A stretch of DNA of 4,614 bases. It comes from a virus (lineage: Duplodnaviria; Heunggongvirae; Uroviricota; Caudoviricetes). How positions within the stretch are numbered: the first letter of the stretch is position 1; each line of letters begins with the position of its first letter. Positions 1 to 4,614 of the stretch are shown piece by piece. The notes beneath the pieces were generated by a model. The model ran no database searches. It saw only the letters and a list, made by a program, of their open reading frames with translations, and was not told where the DNA came from. The translations under genes and the position numbers were made by a program. The stretch covers positions 1 to 4,614 of IMG/VR virus record IMGVR_UViG_2663762849_000009. One strand, given 5' to 3'.

Positions 1-171
1 GGATGAACCACCGGAGCCAGAACCTGAACCACCTCTGCCGGATGAGCCGCCGGAACCCGAGCCGGAGCCACCGCTACCGGATGAACCACCGGAGCCAGAA
101 CCTGAACCACCACCGGAACTGCCGCCGCCTGGGTTACCACCACCGGAACTGCCACCACCTGAGCTACCGCC
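1..171 (-). repeat. Tandemly repetitive Gly/Ser-coding tract inside the J-like CDS
   Basis: The minus-strand translation is almost entirely Gly and Ser (...GGGSSGGGNPGGGSSGGGSGSGSGGSSGSGGSGSGSGGSSGRGGSGSGSGGSS...). Positions 1-33 and 79-111 are an exact 33-nt direct repeat (ggatgaaccaccggagccagaacctgaaccacc). The 15-mer accaccggaactgcc recurs at 108-122 and 144-158. The tract continues beyond the left edge. Confidence 0.75.
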
Positions 172-2403
172 ATCCTCCTTACCATCGGAGAATGCAGGAT
201 CTACAGCAACTGGTTTCCAGTCGGCAGTACAAACTGTATCATCATCGGGATTACAAATAAGAGGATTACCGGTTGCCTCATAAATACACCCCTGCACATT
301 AACATAACGGGTCCCGTCATCACCTTTATAAACATCAGAAAAAGTCATACCATCAAGAACCGGACGAGAAAGACAAATCTCGTCAGTTGGCGGCTTATTA
401 TATTCAGGTGTCAAATCCCCCTCACCACCCTGAAAAGCAAGGGTGCAGGCTGTCCACTTTTGCTTCACCACCCTCGGCGTGTCCCATTTCGCCAGCGCCA
501 GATACTGGCTGTCAGCTGCGCTCACCTCCACCGTCAGGTGCTGCACTGCCGGTGGGATGACGCTGTTCAGGGTGCCTGACTGCGGCTCAAAGCGGGCTCC
601 GTTATCCACAATGGCTTCTTTTTCCGGTACGTGCTGCACCGCCGTGATGGCAAAGGTGCCGTCCGTGTTTTCCCGGATGGCCACACAGCGGAACAGGCGA
701 CGGCGCAGTGACGGCAGGGAGAGTCCCCACACCCCGTATGTCTCCACACCATCAGGCAGGGTACTGACCTGTATCCGGTCCGGCGCGGGGTGTGCGGTGA
801 TGTCCACACTCACCGGCTTACCGCTGCCGTTAATCAGGTTCACCGTCGATGCACCTGTCCCCGGAAGTGTCACTTCACGGTCCAGCGTCAGGGTGCGGGT
901 GGCAGCATCAATGGACAGGACACGTCCGCCGGTCAGGGTTCCGGCATAGTCGTTATCACAGATTTCAATGATGTCGCCGGGTGTGTGACGCAGCCCCTGT
1001 GACCCGAGTGTGAAATCCACCGTCTGCGTTTCCAGCAGTTCTGTCTTTATCACCCACAGCCCGGCACGGTGGGCCTGACCGCGACTGGTGCAGCCGAACG
1101 CATCCATCTTCAGCAGGTTGCGTCCGTAGCGCAGTATGGCTTCCGGGTCTTCCACCAGTTCCGTGGAGGTCTGCCAGCCGTTCTGCGGGTCGGTGTAATT
1201 CACCTCCACCGCCGTGTGCCGGTCCTTCAGGGCACTGAAGCTGTAGCGGAACCCCACGCCGTTATCATCCACCACCACATCGCTGTTGGTGTACGGCCAC
1301 ACCACATCCGACGTGCGGTCCTGAACGAACGTCAGCGTCTGGCCGTTCCATACCGGCATACAGCGCATCGCCGAGCAGAAATCACTGAGAACGTCCCACG
1401 CCTTACGCTGTTGTGCCAGGTACGCATTAAAGGTCATCCGCGGCTCTGTGCCCCCGAAACCATCCGGGACCGTCTGGTCGCAGTACTGCCCGATGGCATA
1501 CAGCGCCCACTTGTCCACATCCGCCGCCCCCAGACGTTTTCCCATCCCGTAGCGCGGGTGAGTCAGCATGTCCCACAGGCACCAGGCCGGGTTGTTGCTG
1601 TATGCCGGTTTCAGACTGCCGTCCCAGATACCGCTGTAGGTGCGTTTTTCCGGGTCATAGTTTGACGGCACCTGGATGATGCGACCGCGGATATGGTAGT
1701 TCACCGTCATCTGCTGACCACCGAACTGCTCCGCATCCACCTGCAGCCCCACAATCGCCGTGTTCGGGTAGCACTGTTTCACATCGATGATTTCGGTGTA
1801 CGATGACCAGAGTGTTCTGTTCTGCAACTGGTCCGTGGTGCTGTCCGCCGTCTCCCGGACCATCCGGATGTTAAAAGGACGGGGAGGCAGATTATCCAGA
1901 ATCACCGACGCCAGAAACTGCGAGGTGGTCTTGCCGTTAATGGTGACATCCTTTTCTGTCACCCAGTTACCGTTACGCTGTAACTGAATCAGCAGGCGGA
2001 CGGATGTCGGGTTTCGGTCACCCTTTGACGTGGTCTGCACCAGTGACTGCACCCCGAAGGTAACCCGCAGGCGGTCAATGTTCGCGGACGTAATGGTGCG
2101 CGTCACCGGTTTTGCCTTCGTCACTTCCACGCCCAGTACAGTTTCAGCTCCGGAGGACTCAAAGCCTTCCGGTGGTGTCTGCTCCTGCTCCCCGGCGCGC
2201 CAGACCGCCGTCACACCGTGTATCACGGGATTACCGTCCGTGTCCGTCAGCGGGGTTTTGTTCACCAGGATACTCTGCAGTCCCTTCACCGGGCCTTCTA
2301 TCGGTCCCTCACCAACCGCATCAATCACGCTCATCATCTGCGTGGATTTGAGATTATCCTTCGCCTCACGAGGCGTGTGTGCCTTACCGCCACCTTTTCC
2401 CAT
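1..2403 (-). CDS. J: Host specificity protein J / central tail fibre (lambda gpJ family), partial: N-terminal 801 codons in window, C-terminus beyond the left edge
   Basis: Hand translation of the minus strand from ATG at 2401-2403 gives MGKGGGKAHTPREAKDNLKSTQMMSVIDAVGEGPIEGPVKG..., which matches my recollection of lambda gpJ (MGKGSSKGHTPREAKDNLKSTQLLSVIDAISEGPIEGPV...). I checked the frame codon by codon from 2403 to 1 and found no stop. A GGAAGG Shine-Dalgarno lies 4 nt upstream (2408-2413, minus strand). J-like similarity continues to about ...HLTVEVSAADSQYLALAKWDTPRVVK (around nt 455-540), then diverges. It is absent from the ORF track probably because its stop lies outside the window. 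Confidence 0.9.
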   Translation of the reverse strand, partial: MGKGGGKAHTPREAKDNLKSTQMMSVIDAVGEGPIEGPVKGLQSILVNKTPLTDTDGNPVIHGVTAVWRAGEQEQTPPEGFESSGAETVLGVEVTKAKPVTRTITSANIDRLRVTFGVQSLVQTTSKGDRNPTSVRLLIQLQRNGNWVTEKDVTINGKTTSQFLASVILDNLPPRPFNIRMVRETADSTTDQLQNRTLWSSYTEIIDVKQCYPNTAIVGLQVDAEQFGGQQMTVNYHIRGRIIQVPSNYDPEKRTYSGIWDGSLKPAYSNNPAWCLWDMLTHPRYGMGKRLGAADVDKWALYAIGQYCDQTVPDGFGGTEPRMTFNAYLAQQRKAWDVLSDFCSAMRCMPVWNGQTLTFVQDRTSDVVWPYTNSDVVVDDNGVGFRYSFSALKDRHTAVEVNYTDPQNGWQTSTELVEDPEAILRYGRNLLKMDAFGCTSRGQAHRAGLWVIKTELLETQTVDFTLGSQGLRHTPGDIIEICDNDYAGTLTGGRVLSIDAATRTLTLDREVTLPGTGASTVNLINGSGKPVSVDITAHPAPDRIQVSTLPDGVETYGVWGLSLPSLRRRLFRCVAIRENTDGTFAITAVQHVPEKEAIVDNGARFEPQSGTLNSVIPPAVQHLTVEVSAADSQYLALAKWDTPRVVKQKWTACTLAFQGGEGDLTPEYNKPPTDEICLSRPVLDGMTFSDVYKGDDGTRYVNVQGCIYEATGNPLICNPDDDTVCTADWKPVAVDPAFSDGKEDGGSSGGGSSGGGNPGGGSSGGGSGSGSGGSSGSGGSGSGSGGSSGRGGSGSGSGGSS

Positions 2404-2506
2404 ACAGCCTTCCCCTGAATAAATTAACCGCCACTTGCCATTCCGTACAGAAGTCGGATATCCTTCGCCCGAAAAGCATGAAACACATTTCTGCCATGCT
2501 AAAGAG

Positions 2507-2541
2507 AAACCCCGGTATCAGCAGATACCGGGGTTTTCTTT
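2507..2541 (+). terminator. Intrinsic (rho-independent) terminator hairpin, possibly bidirectional
   Basis: Perfect 12-bp inverted repeat aaaccccggtat (2507-2518) / ataccggggttt (2525-2536) with loop cagcag, followed by ttttcttt on the plus strand. On the minus strand the stem is followed by a weaker T-rich stretch (tttctcttt). Confidence 0.6.
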
Positions 2542-2608
2542 CATGTCCACCGATAATCCTGTTGGTAAAAACCGGTAATGGCATAAAAATTCTGAATATC
2601 TTCACATT

Positions 2609-2636
2609 TTCACAAACTGACTGTGGCGCGTATAAT
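2609..2636 (+). promoter_or_regulatory. Sigma70-like promoter: -35 TTCACA (2609-2614), 16-nt spacer, -10 TATAAT (2631-2636)
   Basis: Consensus -10 hexamer and a 5/6 match to the -35 hexamer with near-optimal spacing, in an AT-rich intergenic region. It points rightward, antisense to the tail operon. Confidence 0.4.
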
Positions 2637-2703
2637 TTCGCTGCGTTAGTGTTTTTTTGCCCGAGTAACAAAAACAACTCCTTAACTCTAATCTTTGTCT
2701 GTC

Positions 2704-2737
2704 CCCGCAGCTCCGCGATCACTGCGGGATTTTTTTA
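2704..2737 (+). terminator. Intrinsic terminator-like hairpin plus T-tract on the plus strand
   Basis: Stem cccgcag (2704-2710) / ctgcggg (2722-2728) with an 11-nt loop, followed by seven T (2730-2736). It lies just downstream of the I stop codon in the I-J spacer. Confidence 0.5.
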
Positions 2738-2743
2738 TTCTTT

Positions 2744-3424
2744 TTACCCCTGCCGCCCGATAACCACGACCTTTCCGCACCCGCCTTCATCACGGGTACT
2801 GATGTCCTGGGATATACGGCGGGAGCCAACCAGCATTTCCCCGTAAGGCACCGGCATCGGGTTACCCTGGGCAATCATGTTGTCCAGTGACGAAAAATAC
2901 GTGTTCTGTCTGCCGTTATCCGTTGCGCGGTAATCCGGTGTTTTTGCCTTCGGGGCCAGCATCTGGGCCACACCACCCAGAATCATGCTGGCCCCCAGTG
3001 AAAACAGCATCGTGGTGGCAGAAAAACCGCCGGCACTCAGGGCTGTACCCCATAACGCCATCGAGGCACCGGCAGTGAGGAAAGAGCCCACGATGGCTGC
3101 CGCCCCCAGCACAATCTGCAGTCCACCCTTTCCGGCCCCGGCCAGTCGCGGCACAATATGGATAACCGTTCCCTCACTCAGTGGTTCGTGAAGGCGGGCA
3201 TACACCGCCTCCGGTGCCGTATCCTCACCGGCAATGCGTATCTGGTACCAGCCTTCGTTCATCTGACGGCGAAAGCCCGGCACCTGCATCGACAGTGCGC
3301 GGATGGCTTCCGCTGCCGTGTTCACATACAGGCTGAGGCGGCGGCCAAATCGTTGTAAATCCCCGTGAAGGCAGATGCGTGCCAGTGGCGGTGACGCCAG
3401 ACAGAATGCGTTCGTCGTTGCCAT
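2744..3424 (-). CDS. I: Tail assembly protein I (lambda gpI family)
   Basis: The 226-aa ORF (MATTNAFCLASPPLARICLHGDLQRFGRRL...TDNGRQNTYFSSLDNMIAQGNPMPVPYGEMLVGSRRISQDISTRDEGGCGKVVVIGRQG) closely resembles my recollection of lambda gpI (223 aa), including the ARICLYGDLQRFGRR and TDNGKQNTYFSSLDNM blocks. Its start overlaps the 3' end of the K reading frame by 103 nt, as in lambda. TAA stop at 2744-2746. Confidence 0.9.
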   Translation of the reverse strand: MATTNAFCLASPPLARICLHGDLQRFGRRLSLYVNTAAEAIRALSMQVPGFRRQMNEGWYQIRIAGEDTAPEAVYARLHEPLSEGTVIHIVPRLAGAGKGGLQIVLGAAAIVGSFLTAGASMALWGTALSAGGFSATTMLFSLGASMILGGVAQMLAPKAKTPDYRATDNGRQNTYFSSLDNMIAQGNPMPVPYGEMLVGSRRISQDISTRDEGGCGKVVVIGRQG

Positions 3425-3798
3425 TTTTCGGAATACCTCTCCCGTTTACTCAGTTGTTCAGGCAGATGGTGAAGCAGCTCACCGTTGCCGCAGTAAATGG
3501 CGGCATGGTTCGGTACCGAAGCACCAAAGCAGCACAGCAGAATATCGCCCGCCTGTGCAGAGGACAGGGGCACCCGGTAAAAGCCCGTTTCCTCCATATT
3601 GTCCAGGTACAGGTTCTGGCCGTTGCGCCACCAGTCATCCTCGCGATGAAAATCCGGCATTTCAGTCCCCGCCAGATGATAAGCATCCCGGAACAGCGTG
3701 TAACAGTCCGTCACCCCGTGCGCAAAGCGCCGTCCGGTCAGGTGCGGCACACAGCGGAATTTGTGAATGTCACCCCGGCAGACCAGCCACCAGGGCAC
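3322..3798 (-). CDS. K: Tail tip assembly protein K (lambda gpK family), C-terminal NlpC/P60-like portion; frame separated from the N-terminal portion
   Basis: Translation (V)PWWLVCRGDIHKFRCVPHLTGRRFAHGVTDCYTLFRDAYHLAGTEMPDFHREDDWWRNGQNLYLDN...LLCCFGASVPNHAAIYCG... matches the gpK C-terminal region as I recall it, with the Cys/His residues expected of an NlpC/P60 peptidase. The track start is a GTG at 3796-3798, preceded two codons upstream by an in-frame TAA, so this is the continuation of K in a different frame rather than an independent gene. Confidence 0.75.
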   Translation of the reverse strand: MPWWLVCRGDIHKFRCVPHLTGRRFAHGVTDCYTLFRDAYHLAGTEMPDFHREDDWWRNGQNLYLDNMEETGFYRVPLSSAQAGDILLCCFGASVPNHAAIYCGNGELLHHLPEQLSKRERYSEKWQRRTHSVWRHRHWHASAFTGIYNDLAAASACM

Positions 3799-4054
3799 TC
3801 TTTATCTGCAGCCGCCGGTCCGCCTCGCTCAGCCAGGGCAGACCACCGGGATGACTGTGGACCAGCGCCACAATCTCCCCCTGCATCTCTGCCCGCAGCC
3901 AGTCTTCCGGCGCAATACGAAAATACGCCTCCGGCTCTGCGGAAATATTCACACAAGGGATATACCGCTCCCCCTCCGGCGTTCTCACCACGAAGCCGCA
4001 CGACTCCGCAGGCGCACACCGCCGGGCATGTGCCAATATATTGCTATAGAGCAT
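3770..4054 (-). CDS. K: Tail tip assembly protein K (lambda gpK family), N-terminal MPN/JAMM domain portion; ends prematurely at TGA 3770-3772
   Basis: Translation MLYSNILAHARRCAPAESCGFVVRTPEGERYIPCVNISAEPEAYFRIAPEDWLRAEMQGEIVALVHSHPGGLPWLSEADRRLQIKS... contains an exact JAMM motif (E...HSHPGGLPWLSEAD, i.e. HxHx7Sx2D). I place the start at ATG 4052-4054, which has an AGGAG Shine-Dalgarno (4061-4065, minus strand), rather than the track's ATG at 4091-4093, which sits inside the terminator hairpin. Confidence 0.75.
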   Translation of the reverse strand: MLYSNILAHARRCAPAESCGFVVRTPEGERYIPCVNISAEPEAYFRIAPEDWLRAEMQGEIVALVHSHPGGLPWLSEADRRLQIKSALVAGLPG

Positions 4055-4066
4055 GAGAACTCCTGA

Positions 4067-4090
4067 TAAAAAACCCAGCCGAGGCTGGGT
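4067..4090 (-). terminator. Intrinsic terminator downstream of the 4109..4531 ORF and immediately upstream of the K ribosome-binding site
   Basis: Inverted repeat acccagc (4073-4079) / gctgggt (4084-4090) with a 4-nt loop. On the minus strand the hairpin is followed by TTTTTTAT (complement of 4066-4073). Confidence 0.6.
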
Positions 4091-4108
4091 CATTTCGTTG
4101 GTAATCTG

Positions 4109-4531
4109 TTAGTAGTGATGCAGTGAAGGCGGCAACTCTTTGCTCTTAAGCCTTACCCATGCGGAAAGATTCGTTGGTCCATCTGGCTCATTAATATCAA
4201 CATCTCGTGTGTGATTGATTAAAACGTCTCTCGCCATTCCAATAACATACGAGAACTCATGGCCGTAGTTGTAGCACCTGTCAGAATAGTTCGATTGAAT
4301 TTGCTTTAGCGCCGGATACAGTTCGCGGAATAATGCCTGTGAGCGGTTGGCATAATCCCATAGCCATACAAGGCTGTTTGCTTCTTTTGCGGAAAGCTCG
4401 TTGGTTTTCTTCTCTTGTTTGCCAATGAACTCACCTTCAAGCACTACCCTGTGGATGTACTCTACGGCCAGCGGGATTTGTTCAATTGAAAGTTCATCAA
4501 TGCTGTCAATACCAAAACGCTGATGAACCAT
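4109..4531 (-). CDS. Hypothetical protein, function unknown (AT-rich moron-like ORF upstream of K)
   Basis: A 140-codon ORF on the same strand as the tail genes. My hand counts of 60-nt stretches give roughly 40-43% GC here against roughly 60% in the J gene. An intrinsic terminator follows it immediately (4067-4090). I recognise no family from the sequence. No obvious Shine-Dalgarno precedes the ATG at 4529-4531. Confidence 0.55.
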   Translation of the reverse strand: MVHQRFGIDSIDELSIEQIPLAVEYIHRVVLEGEFIGKQEKKTNELSAKEANSLVWLWDYANRSQALFRELYPALKQIQSNYSDRCYNYGHEFSYVIGMARDVLINHTRDVDINEPDGPTNLSAWVRLKSKELPPSLHHY

Positions 4532-4555
4532 ATTGTATGCATCGTCATAGCGAAG

Positions 4556-4614
4556 TCATTTCTTTCCTACCAGCATGTTTACTGCATCGCGTAGAGGTGT
4601 GCGTTCAGCTACTG
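4556..4614 (-). CDS. Possible 3' end of an upstream ORF entering from the right edge (last 18 codons, ...VAERTPLRDAVNMLVGKK, then TGA)
   Basis: This is the only minus-strand frame open from the window edge to 4559, and it is the same frame as the 4109..4531 ORF, separated from it by TGA at 4556-4558. Eighteen stop-free codons is weak evidence on its own. Confidence 0.25.
   Translation of the reverse strand, partial: VAERTPLRDAVNMLVGKK

Noticed and set aside
1-171. Possible CRISPR array suggested by the direct repeats
   Set aside because: The repeats are in-frame coding repeats inside the J gene (Gly/Ser tract), with irregular spacing of 78 and 36 nt and no repeat-spacer architecture.
3-260. 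Plus-strand 85-aa ORF (MNHRSQNLNHL...)
   Set aside because: It is the antisense reading of the Gly/Ser repeat tract of J. The low-complexity His/Arg/Asn composition is an artefact of the repeat.
443-2422. Plus-strand ORFs in the track (443..949, 790..1002, 1069..1665, 1787..1987, 2030..2422, 2112..2351, 2218..2418) and the minus-strand ORF 567..809
   Set aside because: They lie antisense to, or out of frame within, the continuous J reading frame, which I verified codon by codon from 2403 to 1. Their Arg/His/Pro/Val-rich translations are typical of spurious frames in GC-rich coding DNA.
2384-2722. Minus-strand 112-aa ORF across the I-J spacer
   Set aside because: It starts at a GTG inside the 2704-2728 hairpin, reads through both terminator hairpins and overlaps the J start. 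The composition is AT-rich and low-complexity, with no credible ribosome-binding site. Most likely it is non-coding spacer.
2404-2743. tRNA gene or integration (att) site in the I-J spacer
   Set aside because: I see no cloverleaf-compatible arrangement and no conserved T-loop motif (GTTCGA-type). The only strong secondary structures are simple terminator-type hairpins.
3770-3800. Programmed ribosomal frameshift joining the two K fragments
   Set aside because: There is no slippery heptamer or stimulatory stop or pseudoknot context at the junction, and I know of no programmed frameshift in gpK. A mutation or sequencing error is the simpler explanation.
2887-4066. Plus-strand ORFs 2887..3078, 2985..3191, 3158..3358, 3375..3854, 3379..4056 and 3767..4066, and minus-strand ORFs 3450..3686 and 3738..4019
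   Set aside because: They are antisense to, or in alternative frames of, the I and K genes. None shows a recognisable domain, and the true genes here are well supported by similarity to gpI and gpK.
4091-4093. ATG used by the track as the start of the K N-terminal ORF
   Set aside because: It lies within the terminator stem-loop and lacks a ribosome-binding site. The downstream ATG at 4052-4054 has an AGGAG Shine-Dalgarno and is preferred.

Overview
This window is a lambda-like (lambdoid) phage or prophage tail-tip gene block, with every gene I can support on the minus strand. From high to low coordinates: an AT-rich hypothetical ORF (4109..4531) ending at its own intrinsic terminator; a gpK-like tail tip assembly gene whose reading frame is broken near 3796-3799 (N-terminal MPN/JAMM part 3770..4054, C-terminal NlpC/P60-like part 3322..3798); a gpI-like tail assembly gene (2744..3424) overlapping the end of K by 103 nt; an unusually long AT-rich I-J spacer (2404..2743) carrying two hairpin terminators and a near-consensus sigma70 promoter on the plus strand; and the first 801 codons of a gpJ-like host specificity protein (2403 down to 1, continuing past the left edge). 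The J reading frame is lambda-like for about 640 residues, then switches to a cysteine-containing module and a highly repetitive Gly/Ser tract. All plus-strand ORFs in the track look like antisense artefacts of these GC-rich genes. Homology statements rest on my hand translation and recollection of lambda gpJ/gpK/gpI sequences, not on a database search. The most notable items are the chimeric J C-terminus, the broken K gene, the plus-strand promoter-plus-terminator unit in the I-J spacer, and the AT-rich moron-like ORF upstream of K.
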